DNA of 55,131 nt from contig QOPC01000003.1 of NCBI GenBank assembly GCA_003331545.1, forward strand, positions 1-55,131, in the 5' to 3' direction. Under the pieces are notes generated by a model that ran no database searches, was not told where the DNA came from, and was given only the letters and a program-made list of their open reading frames with translations. Origin of the DNA: SAR86 cluster bacterium (GTDB taxonomy: Bacteria > Pseudomonadota > Gammaproteobacteria > Magnimaribacterales > D2472). Both the position numbers and the translations under genes were made by a program. Shown one piece after another: positions 1-7,466 of this stretch. Position 1 is the stretch's first letter. Every line of letters starts with the position of its first letter.

Positions 1-51
1 GTTTAGAGGAATGTCTCGAGACTAAAGCCGTAATAATGCCCTGAGTAGATT

Positions 52-357
52 CTAAAAAATCCTGTGTTTGCCAGTGAGGATTTCAACAAACATTACATGA
101 TCTCCTATAAGGCTATATAAGGGATATGAGAAAGTAGCTGGTTTATTGTGCTCTATGAAGAAATGCGCCACCCATGCAAACCCATAACCTGAAAGCAATG
201 AGTAGAGCAAGAATAAAAAATTAAAGCTCATAAAAAACTGTACATAAAAAAATATTGCTATTGAAGTCCCTATAAAATGAAGTAGTTTTGTATGCTTGTG
301 ATCATGCTCACTAAGATAATATGGGTAAAAGTCCCTGAACGTTTTGTATCTCTCCAT
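52..357 (-). CDS. DUF962 (Mpo1-like) small membrane protein
   Basis: 101-aa ORF. The motifs FRDFYPYYLSEH...LHFIGT and GYGFAWVAHFFIEHNKPATFSYPLYSL..D..MF..ILTG are typical of bacterial DUF962 proteins. It has two hydrophobic segments. Confidence 0.7.
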   Translation of the reverse strand: MERYKTFRDFYPYYLSEHDHKHTKLLHFIGTSIAIFFYVQFFMSFNFLFLLYSLLSGYGFAWVAHFFIEHNKPATFSYPLYSLIGDHVMFVEILTGKHRIF

Positions 358-438
358 AATGTTTCTCCCCTAAGTTTAGGTAATTATGCCATAAGCCTAT
401 AATTTGCTAGTATAAATCTTAATGAGTGGAGCTCAACT

Positions 439-909
439 ATGAAAAAAATTTTTTTAACTTCTTGTCTTTTCGTTTTAGTTTCAACTTTATCTAATCAAGA
501 ATTACTCGCTAAAACAAACTCTGATAATGTCTTATTGGTTCACAAGACTCCAACTTGTGGTTGTTGCAGGATGTGGGTGGAGCATTTAAAGATGAATGGC
601 TTAAAAGCTAATACCCAAGATCATGAAAATCTTGATGAGATAAAAAAAATGTATGGCATTAAGCCTCAATACAGATCTTGTCATACAGCCGTTTCCAAAG
701 ATGGTTATATTTTTGAGGGTCACATACCAAGCAAATATATAACTCAATTTCTTTCAGAGAATCATCCAAATGCTATAGGTCTATCGGTTCCAGGGATGCC
801 TATGGGTTCTCCAGGCATGGAAGTTGGTGATCGATTTATGCCCTATGATGTCCTAATCCTCTATAAAGATGGATCTAGCAATGTGTTTGCCGAGGTAAGA
901 AGAAATTAA
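439..909 (+). CDS. periplasmic metal (copper)-binding protein, DUF411/CopG family
   Basis: 156 aa with an N-terminal signal peptide. It carries the PTCGCC cysteine motif, then SCHTAV..GY.FEGHIP and GLSVPGMPMGSPGME, which are characteristic of DUF411/CopG. Confidence 0.8.
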   Translation: MKKIFLTSCLFVLVSTLSNQELLAKTNSDNVLLVHKTPTCGCCRMWVEHLKMNGLKANTQDHENLDEIKKMYGIKPQYRSCHTAVSKDGYIFEGHIPSKYITQFLSENHPNAIGLSVPGMPMGSPGMEVGDRFMPYDVLILYKDGSSNVFAEVRRN

Positions 910-942
910 GAGCAAGTTCAAAAGAACTTTATAGATTATCTT

Positions 943-1488
943 TTATAAATCAGAGTATTTTTTATTGTTTATTGGAGCAAACTTTGAAATTGAGTTTGCT
1001 AAGGGCATACGGGTTGCTCCGCTCAAGCCACTTAAAATTCTTCTCTTCTTGTATTTGTTGAACACTTCAAAAAGGAAGTAAAACCAGACACCATTTATTA
1101 CTGGTTCCACAAATGCATCGATAACTGCAAGATTCAATGGGGCTCCGGTTAGCAATCTATTACAAGTCATCGCAATAAGAATATGACCAATAGTGTATAA
1201 AAGTGCCAATAAAATACCTATCTGACTTACGTTAATTGCCGCCGATTTACTTTGTTCAATCTTTCTAACAAATACTTGCTTTAAGAACACCAAAAGGAAG
1301 TAGAACCAAAAACCATTTATTATTGGCTCAATAAATGCATCCGCTGCTGCCATATCAAGAGATGCGCCAGTAATAATCCTGTTGCATGCCATAGCAACAA
1401 GGATATGACCGATGGTATATATTACTGATAGATAGAAATTCTCATATTTGAAAATTTTTACATCGTCGTATTTTAAGTATTTTTTCAC
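943..1488 (-). CDS. membrane protein made of two tandem DUF2061-like repeats
   Basis: 181 aa with a GTG start at 1488. The unit YTIGHIL.AM.CNR..TGA.L..A..DAF.EP.INGxWFYFL occurs twice, at residues 24-65 and 98-139. It is hydrophobic with a basic C-terminal tail. Confidence 0.55.
   Translation of the reverse strand: MKKYLKYDDVKIFKYENFYLSVIYTIGHILVAMACNRIITGASLDMAAADAFIEPIINGFWFYFLLVFLKQVFVRKIEQSKSAAINVSQIGILLALLYTIGHILIAMTCNRLLTGAPLNLAVIDAFVEPVINGVWFYFLFEVFNKYKKRRILSGLSGATRMPLANSISKFAPINNKKYSDL
1072..1419 (-). repeat. internal tandem duplication (period 222 nt / 74 aa) inside the DUF2061 gene
   Basis: Residues Y24-L65 and Y98-L139 align without gaps. By my hand count, 30 of 42 positions are identical. 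Confidence 0.8.
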
Positions 1489-1508
1489 TAAATAATTTTA
1501 AAAATTCA

Positions 1509-1522
1509 GTAGCATTAGCTAC
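1509..1522. promoter_or_regulatory. candidate MntR-type operator palindrome GTAGC-ATTA-GCTAC
   Basis: A 5-4-5 inverted repeat, extendable to an imperfect 8-4-8 at 1506-1525, lies just downstream of the predicted -10 of the DUF2061 promoter. The half-site CCGTAGC (minus-strand reading) recurs at 1543-1549 inside the promoter spacer. The TAGC-N4-GCTA core resembles the enterobacterial MntR box as I recall it. Confidence 0.3.
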
Positions 1523-1530
1523 GGTTAATA

Positions 1531-1559
1531 AATGTAACAACGGCTACGGATTGTGTCAA
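1531..1559 (-). promoter_or_regulatory. sigma70-like promoter for the DUF2061 gene
   Basis: Read on the minus strand: TTGACA (1559-1554), a 17-nt spacer, then TACATT (1536-1531). It lies about 40 nt upstream of the GTG start at 1488. Confidence 0.45.
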
Positions 1560-1582
1560 GGGTATGATATATTCAGTATAAT
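1553..1582 (+). promoter_or_regulatory. possible sigma70-like promoter for mntR
   Basis: GTGTCA (1553-1558, 4/6), an 18-nt spacer, then a perfect TATAAT (1577-1582). It is followed by the SD-like AAGAGGGG (1591-1598) and the TTG start at 1601. TATAAT is common by chance in AT-rich DNA. Confidence 0.3.
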
Positions 1583-1600
1583 TTCTTTTAAAGAGGGGCA

Positions 1601-2014
1601 TTGAAAAAACAAATTAAAGCACGTTCTATTCCCTTTTCAGAGACTCGTTTGCGTCATGCCAGTGAAACCGCTGAGGATTACGTTGAAGCTGTGATGGATT
1701 TAATTGAAGAATCAGGTGAATGCAGGGTTCTAGATCTAGCAGGTTACTTTAATGTGAGTCATGTTACTGTTTCTAGGATAGTCAAACGATTACAGGATGA
1801 AAACCTTTTGCGTTCTAGTCCCTACAAACCTGTAGAACTAACTGCTGCTGGTGCTAATCTTGCTAAACGGGTTAAAGAAAGACATAAAATTGTTTTTGCC
1901 TGTTTAATTGCACTTGGCGTTGATGAGACTAATGCTGAAATTGACAGTGAAGGCATTGAGCACCATGTAGGTCCAAAAACAATAGCTGCAATGAAACGGT
2001 TTATAAAAAGGTGA
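1601..2014 (+). CDS. mntR: DtxR-family manganese-responsive transcriptional repressor (MntR type, no SH3-like C-domain)
   Basis: 137 aa with a TTG start after AAGAGGGG. The motif ETAEDYVEAV..LI...G..RV.DLA....VSHVTVSR.VKRL....L is the winged-HTH of DtxR/MntR. A dimerisation/metal-binding helix region follows (KRVKERHKIV...LGVDE...DSEGIEHH). Confidence 0.8.
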   Translation: MKKQIKARSIPFSETRLRHASETAEDYVEAVMDLIEESGECRVLDLAGYFNVSHVTVSRIVKRLQDENLLRSSPYKPVELTAAGANLAKRVKERHKIVFACLIALGVDETNAEIDSEGIEHHVGPKTIAAMKRFIKR

Positions 2015-2060
2015 TAGCACTTTTTACAAACCCTTCCATAATTAGTCTTTAAAATATGAG

Positions 2061-2516
2061 CTAACTTGAATATTCTTTATTTAGTTCCTTTAAGTCATTG
2101 AAATTCATAGCTTGTGTAACTTCCAAATTCTCATCTAAGATCTCATAAATAGGATCCGTTTCTGAATAAGGTCTCAAGCTAAAATAAACAACCACATCTT
2201 CGTCACCGCCACCCTCGGTATGAGCTTCCCCAGGCGTTCCGGCTTTGAAAATTCCGGCGGGCCTAATATCCTTTAAAGCTCCATCAGGTAAATAGGTTCG
2301 AAGCTCTCCTTTTACAGTAAAGGTACTGTAGTTAGAGGTATGCCTATGCATCAGAATTTTTTCGTTAGCTGAAAATTTAAATAGAATATCAACAATTTTG
2401 GCTTTTTCATCTACATTTAAAAAGGATAAAGAGATATGATCTGCAGGCTCACCATCAGGTCCAGGTAAAGGCTTCCAATCTATTGCTGATTCATCGAATT
2501 GAATTAAATTGTCCAT
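2061..2516 (-). CDS. cupin-domain protein (ChrR-like / metal-binding cupin)
   Basis: 151 aa. The cupin motif 1-like sequence is ILMHRHTSNYSTFTVKGEL and the motif 2-like sequence is AGTPGEAHTEGGG. Confidence 0.5.
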   Translation of the reverse strand: MDNLIQFDESAIDWKPLPGPDGEPADHISLSFLNVDEKAKIVDILFKFSANEKILMHRHTSNYSTFTVKGELRTYLPDGALKDIRPAGIFKAGTPGEAHTEGGGDEDVVVYFSLRPYSETDPIYEILDENLEVTQAMNFNDLKELNKEYSS

Positions 2517-2563
2517 ATCATCACTTTTTTTCGAATTTAAGAAATATTATTATATTATTATTT

Positions 2564-2602
2564 TCAAAAAAAAGGGAAAGGATTCCTTTCATGTCCCTTT
2601 TT
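2564..2602 (-). terminator. rho-independent terminator downstream of the tRNA
   Basis: Minus-strand reading is AAAGGGAcatGAAAGGaatCCTTTCCCTTTTTTTT: a GC-containing hairpin followed by a T8 run, about 20 nt after the tRNA 3' end. Confidence 0.55.
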
Positions 2603-2620
2603 CACGCACTTTTATTGGAG

Positions 2621-2697
2621 TGGTGGGCCCGGGAGGACTCGAACCTCCGACCAATGGATTATGAGTCCACTGCTCTAACCAACTGAGCTACAGGCCC
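2621..2697 (-). tRNA. ileX: tRNA with CAT anticodon, probably tRNA-Ile2 (lysidine-modified) rather than elongator tRNA-Met
   Basis: The reverse complement GGGCCTGTAGCTCAGTTGGTTAGAGCAGTGGACTCATAATCCATTGGTCGGAGGTTCGAGTCCTCCCGGGCCCACCA folds as a 77-nt cloverleaf with an encoded CCA. C4-G69 and C5-G68, a G27-U43 wobble and the variable loop TGGTC all match E. coli tRNA-Ile2. Confidence applies to the tRNA call; I put the isotype at about 0.6. Confidence 0.9.
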
Positions 2698-2810
2698 AAA
2701 AGAAGTAGCTATGATATCTTAAAAATTAGGTCAGTCATTATATAAGAATTAAATATTTAAGTAAGCATTGATGATGTGTGATAATTTTGAGCCTGAGGTA
2801 TTATTTACAC

Positions 2811-3449
2811 ATGATTAATCTAAATGAAGAGTCCTCATTTGCTGAAGGTGGAAATAGAAAATGCTTCATTAGTCCCCAAGATCCTAATCGATGTCTCAAA
2901 GTTATTCATAAGGGTTTACAAGAGAATTTAAAAAAAAATGTTCCTTGGTACAAGAGATATAAATCTGATAATTACTTTGATGACAATTTACGTGAAGAGA
3001 AAGCATATAATCAAAGAGCTTTAAACCATTCTGATGATTTATCTGTATGGGATCACCTGGCTAGGTGGCATGGCATGGTAGAAACAAACCTAGGGCCAGC
3101 CTCAGAAACTGAATTAATTCGAAATAACAATGAGATCGCTGAGACATTGGAGAGTTATCTTTTTAGAGAAGGTTTAACTGACGAAATCACTCAAGCTATC
3201 CAAACCTTTGAAGCGTGGCTAAGAAAGCATTTAGTTCTTACAAAAAATATCATTCCTCATAATATTGTTTTGAGTAAAGAGGATGAAATCCTAACGCTTA
3301 AAATTATAGATGGACTCGGCTGTAAAGCTATGGTGCCATTACCTGAATACAGCAAGATGTTTGCGCGGATTTATATTGAGAGACGAATTAAACTCATGTG
3401 GAGTAGGATCCACTGGGACCTTAGTGGCAGAAAAGGTAACTGGAAATAA
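2811..3449 (+). CDS. YrbL-family protein (PhoP regulatory network protein YrbL, atypical kinase-like fold)
   Basis: The N-terminus GGNRKCFISPQDPNRCLKV matches E. coli YrbL (GTGRHRKCYAHPEDAQRCIKI). Later motifs (WHGMVETNLG, IIPHNIVL, IDGLG) are colinear. The ORF track opens at GTG 2778; I prefer ATG 2811, which is preceded by GAGG. Confidence 0.6.
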   Translation: MINLNEESSFAEGGNRKCFISPQDPNRCLKVIHKGLQENLKKNVPWYKRYKSDNYFDDNLREEKAYNQRALNHSDDLSVWDHLARWHGMVETNLGPASETELIRNNNEIAETLESYLFREGLTDEITQAIQTFEAWLRKHLVLTKNIIPHNIVLSKEDEILTLKIIDGLGCKAMVPLPEYSKMFARIYIERRIKLMWSRIHWDLSGRKGNWK

Positions 3450-3454
3450 TCCTG

Positions 3455-5260
3455 TTATTCATCCAAGAAGTTTTTAAGATGACTAGATCTGCTAGGGTGT
3501 CTTAGTTTTCTTAAAGCTTTTGCCTCTATTTGACGAATTCTTTCTCTGGTTACATCAAACTGCTTTCCAACTTCTTCTAAGGTATGGTCAGTATTCATCC
3601 CTATCCCAAATCGCATTCTAAGAACTTTTGCTTCTCTTGCTGTTAACGATGAAAGAACATCATCAGTGGCAAAGTGAAGGCTGCCCTCAGTAGCATTTTT
3701 TAAAGGCGAATGAATAACGGTATCTTCTATAAAATCTCCAAGATTAGAATCTTCATCGTCTCCGATTGGTGTTTCCATAGAAATGGGTTCTTTGGCAATT
3801 TTAAGGACCTTTCTGACTTTGTCTTCAGGCATATCAAGCTCTTTGCTGAGCTCTTCCGGGGTAGGTTCTCTGCCCATGTCTTGCATCATCTGTCGTGAAA
3901 CACGATTCAATTTATTGATGGTCTCAATCATATGTACAGGAATTCTAATTGTTCTTGCCTGGTCAGCAATAGATCTTGTAATGGCCTGTCTAATCCACCA
4001 AGTAGCATATGTAGAAAATTTGTAGCCTCTTCTATACTCAAACTTATCAACCGCTTTCATGAGACCAATGTTGCCCTCTTGAATTAAATCTAAGAACTGC
4101 AGGCCTCTGTTTGTGTATTTTTTAGCTATGGAAATAACAAGTCTTAGGTTTGCCTCAACCATATCTTTTTTGGCACGACGCATTTTTGTTTCGCCCATAG
4201 ACATTGCGCGATTGATATCTTTAATGTCTTTAACACTTAGACCAACTCTCTCTTCAATAGATTTGATGGCTTTTTGCGCAATCACCACATCGGTTTTAAT
4301 GTGCTCTAAAGATTTCTTTGAATATTTCTTGTTGCTCATCAAAGAATCAACCCACTTAATTTTAGTGATATTGTCTTTGTACATTGCAATGAAATCTTTT
4401 CTAGGAATTCTTGCAGACTTAACAAATAAAAACTGAATCCTTTTTTCATGCAGGCGAATCTCTGCCAGATCGCTACGTGCAAAAAATGCTAGATCTTCAA
4501 ACATTTTTGGTGAAAACTTAAGAAATTGAAAAATTAACCCAAGTTTGGTGAATTCTGCTTTCGCCTCTTTAGAATGCCTGCCTTTAGAATCTAAAACTTT
4601 GTATGTTTTGTTGAATTGACGTTTTAAATTAGTCATCCGTCTTTGAACTTCAGCTAGATCCGGCCCATTATCAACCTCTTCATCGCTTTCTTCTAACTGT
4701 TTTGCCTTTTCACTTCCTGGCCCAGCAGATGGGACTTCTTCCATCTCTTCTAAAAATCCAGTTAGTAGCTCACTAAGTTTTTTATCCTCACTTTTAACCA
4801 GTTCATAGAAATCAATAATGTGCTCAACAATGCCTGGATAATGAACGCTAGCATCAAGAAGGTCTCGCATTCCTTCTTCAATGCGCTTTGCAATCTCAAT
4901 TTCTCCCTCTCTTGTAAGCAGATCAACGGTTCCCATTTCACGCATGTACATTCGAACTGGATCAGTGGTCCTGCCTGTTTCATTCTCTACTGCAGCTAGT
5001 GCTTCTGCAGCCTGCTCTAGAGCTATGTCATCTTGATCATCTGATGACTCTGAAAGCATGAGCGTATCTGCGTCAGGTGCAGTTTCATGAACTTGAAGAC
5101 CCAAGTCGTTGATCATACCAATGATTTCATCAACCTGATCGGGATCAGAAATATCATCGGGAAGATGATCATTAACGTCTGCGTATGTTAGATAGCCCTG
5201 TTCGCGACCTTTCTCGATCAAGTCTGCAATTCTTGAACCCTGTTTTTTTAACTTATCCAC
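3455..5260 (-). CDS. rpoD: RNA polymerase sigma factor RpoD (sigma-70)
   Basis: 601 aa with regions 1.1 to 4.2 present ([24 protein letters not shown], the acidic spacer, [88 protein letters not shown]). GTG start preceded by GAGG. Confidence 0.97.
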   Translation of the reverse strand: MDKLKKQGSRIADLIEKGREQGYLTYADVNDHLPDDISDPDQVDEIIGMINDLGLQVHETAPDADTLMLSESSDDQDDIALEQAAEALAAVENETGRTTDPVRMYMREMGTVDLLTREGEIEIAKRIEEGMRDLLDASVHYPGIVEHIIDFYELVKSEDKKLSELLTGFLEEMEEVPSAGPGSEKAKQLEESDEEVDNGPDLAEVQRRMTNLKRQFNKTYKVLDSKGRHSKEAKAEFTKLGLIFQFLKFSPKMFEDLAFFARSDLAEIRLHEKRIQFLFVKSARIPRKDFIAMYKDNITKIKWVDSLMSNKKYSKKSLEHIKTDVVIAQKAIKSIEERVGLSVKDIKDINRAMSMGETKMRRAKKDMVEANLRLVISIAKKYTNRGLQFLDLIQEGNIGLMKAVDKFEYRRGYKFSTYATWWIRQAITRSIADQARTIRIPVHMIETINKLNRVSRQMMQDMGREPTPEELSKELDMPEDKVRKVLKIAKEPISMETPIGDDEDSNLGDFIEDTVIHSPLKNATEGSLHFATDDVLSSLTAREAKVLRMRFGIGMNTDHTLEEVGKQFDVTRERIRQIEAKALRKLRHPSRSSHLKNFLDE

Positions 5261-5312
5261 TCAATGCCTCATTCTGGAACATTTATTATATGTGATGCCA
5301 AATTTAATTTTT

Positions 5313-7073
5313 TCAATCTTGTTTTGAACTTAATTTCTTTAACCAATTTCTATCATCGTCAGTGATTTCTTCCTTTTTTAAGATGATTTGCTGTAAATCT
5401 CTTCGTTCTGCTGACGTGATCGATTCGACATTATACTTGTCTTTAAGGATTTGCTCCCTATCTTTTTGGTTTTTTAACAAAATATCCATGCAATCGTTTA
5501 CTAGCATTAATGCATTTTTTTCTGATAATTCAAGCCCAGCCACCACTGCTTCTGAGAAATAACCCTTTATTTGATCTGATTCAAGGCTTTCAATAACTCT
5601 GGAGGGCTTGATATCAGGGGTTTGCCTGTATAGATCTAGAATGATAAATAAAAAGTTAAACTTTAGATCATCTTTTAACTCATCAAAGATGGGTTCGTGA
5701 GCAATTGCAGGGAACGCCAATAAGGCACTGAAGATATTAATCACCGCTTTAACTCTGACTGGAATATTAGAATTTGATCTTATTGCATTATCTGATTCTG
5801 TCCTTCTGTTCAATGCACTCGAGGGCGCATCTATGGTTTTGATATCCATGCCACATAACTTTGAGACCTCATTGGCATAGACCTCTTTGATAACTGAATT
5901 GTTGATTTTATTCACTATAGGAATAGCAAAAGCGGCAGCTTGTGCTCGCCCTTCTAATGTTTCTAAATTAAATTCTTTGACCTTTGATAAAAAATAGGAT
6001 GAAAGCGAAATTGACTCATCCAAAAGTCTTTGAAAGGCTTTTAATCCATGTTCATTAATGAAGGAGTCTGGATCATGACCTTGCTCAAAAAAAACAAAAT
6101 GAATGTTAATATCTTCTCTGATAATTGGAAAGGTATTTTCAACTGCTTTCCAGGCAGCTTTGCCTCCCGCTAGATCTCCATCAAATGCAAAAAATATTTT
6201 ATTTGTGTAACGCATTATTTTAGAGACATGATTTGGTGTGACAGCTGTTCCAAGTGTCGCTACTGCATTTTTTATGCCATGCTCATAAAGACCTATTACG
6301 TCCATGTATCCCTCAACAACTATTAGAGAGGAAATATTTTTTTCTAACTCTTTAACCTCATACAAACCAAATAGTTCATTTGATTTATTGAAAAAAGAGG
6401 TCTCTGGCGAATTAAGATACTTGGGCTCGCCTTCATCTATAATTCTTCCTCCCATAGCAATAAAATCACCTTTTATATTTCGAATGGGAAAAATAACTCT
6501 GCCCCTAAATCGATCATAAAATCGATCATCTTTTTTACTAAACAAGCCCGATTCATCCAATTCTTTTTTGGGAATATCAGATCCAAAGTGGTTTAACAGG
6601 CCATCCCATTTGTCTTGTGCATATCCAATATTAAATCTCTTGGCCGTGGCTCCTGTAATCTTTCTATCTTTTAGATATTGGACTGCTTGAGAAGCAATTT
6701 TTTCATTTAGATTAGCCTGATAGAATTTAACTGCTTTCTCAACCAAACCACTGGGTTTGGATTTTTCCTGTTTGTTGTTTTCGTAAGGTACCGTCATGCC
6801 TGCCGAACTGGCAAGAGTTTCTATTGCATCAACAAAATCTAGATTTTCATAACGCCTTATAAAGTGAATTGCATTACCAGATTCTTGGCAGACAAAACAA
6901 TAAAAAAATTGTTTTTCCTGATTTACCGCCATGGATGGATTTGAATCATCATGGAATGGACATTGACACCAAAAGTTTGAGCCCTTCTTATTTAGAGGTA
7001 TGCGTCGACCTACAACATCAACAATATCGGTTTGATCTAATAATTGATCAATGAAACTAGTTGGAATTGACAT
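5313..7073 (-). CDS. dnaG: DNA primase DnaG
   Basis: 586 aa. It has the zinc-ribbon CPFHDDSNPSM...FYCFVC, the TOPRIM region VVEGYMDV...FDGDLAGGKAA and a C-terminal helicase-interaction region. Confidence 0.95.
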   Translation of the reverse strand: MSIPTSFIDQLLDQTDIVDVVGRRIPLNKKGSNFWCQCPFHDDSNPSMAVNQEKQFFYCFVCQESGNAIHFIRRYENLDFVDAIETLASSAGMTVPYENNKQEKSKPSGLVEKAVKFYQANLNEKIASQAVQYLKDRKITGATAKRFNIGYAQDKWDGLLNHFGSDIPKKELDESGLFSKKDDRFYDRFRGRVIFPIRNIKGDFIAMGGRIIDEGEPKYLNSPETSFFNKSNELFGLYEVKELEKNISSLIVVEGYMDVIGLYEHGIKNAVATLGTAVTPNHVSKIMRYTNKIFFAFDGDLAGGKAAWKAVENTFPIIREDINIHFVFFEQGHDPDSFINEHGLKAFQRLLDESISLSSYFLSKVKEFNLETLEGRAQAAAFAIPIVNKINNSVIKEVYANEVSKLCGMDIKTIDAPSSALNRRTESDNAIRSNSNIPVRVKAVINIFSALLAFPAIAHEPIFDELKDDLKFNFLFIILDLYRQTPDIKPSRVIESLESDQIKGYFSEAVVAGLELSEKNALMLVNDCMDILLKNQKDREQILKDKYNVESITSAERRDLQQIILKKEEITDDDRNWLKKLSSKQD

Positions 7074-7464
7074 AATTCTCTATCCAATTATCTAAAAATA
7101 TTTTGGCAGCCAAATCATCAATACGATCGTCTTTTGAAGTTTTATGCATCAACTGATTGGCCTCAAAGGAGGTTAGTCTCTCGTCAACCAATTCACAAGG
7201 AATCTTGCTAATCTTTTGAAGTTTCTTGAAGAATGGGTCAATTTTTTTCATCATATTGCTTGGGCTGCCATCCATATTTAATGGCATTCCTACCAATAAT
7301 TGATCGGGCTGCCACTCCGCGATAATGTTTGAGATTGTATTCCAAATTTCCTTGCCTTCATGAGCAACATTTAGCACGGTTAAGGGAGAGGATGTCTTGG
7401 TGATTGTTTGCCCCACTGCAATACCAATGTATTGTGTGCCAAAATCAAAAGCTAGGATCTGCAT
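7057..7464 (-). CDS. ruvX: putative pre-16S rRNA nuclease / Holliday junction resolvase-like protein RuvX (YqgF)
   Basis: MQILAFDFGTQYIGIAVG...LLVGMPLNMDGS...VDERLTS is the YqgF signature. Start set at ATG 7464, just after the upstream gene's stop at 7467-7469, rather than ORF-track 7488. Confidence 0.88.
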   Translation of the reverse strand: MQILAFDFGTQYIGIAVGQTITKTSSPLTVLNVAHEGKEIWNTISNIIAEWQPDQLLVGMPLNMDGSPSNMMKKIDPFFKKLQKISKIPCELVDERLTSFEANQLMHKTSKDDRIDDLAAKIFLDNWIENYVNSN

Positions 7465-7466
7465 TA

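Noticed and set aside
914-929. Hairpin AAGTTC-aaaa-GAACTT after the copG-like gene as a terminator
   Set aside because: The stem is only 6 bp and mostly A/T, with no proper T tract, so it is too weak to call.
2483-2686. 67-aa plus-strand ORF spanning the cupin start, the terminator hairpin and most of the tRNA
   Set aside because: It overlaps a clear tRNA gene and its terminator on the opposite strand, so the translation is meaningless.
2517-3454. Possible genomic island or integration event at the tRNA gene
   Set aside because: I saw no integrase, no duplicated tRNA 3'-end direct repeat, and only one small gene on each side before core genes. The flanks look like ordinary chromosome.
3710-4983. 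Several ORFs of 62-107 aa overlapping rpoD on either strand (3710-3898, 3783-4025 and 4113-4436 on the plus strand; 4762-4983 on the minus strand)
   Set aside because: They overlap a strongly conserved gene and have no motifs, start context or independent support.
5261-5312. rpoD-proximal promoter (a TATAAT on the minus strand at 5285-5290)
   Set aside because: There is no acceptable -35 (the hexamer at 17-nt spacing is AAAAAA) and no extended -10 TG. A lone TATAAT is not informative in AT-rich sequence.
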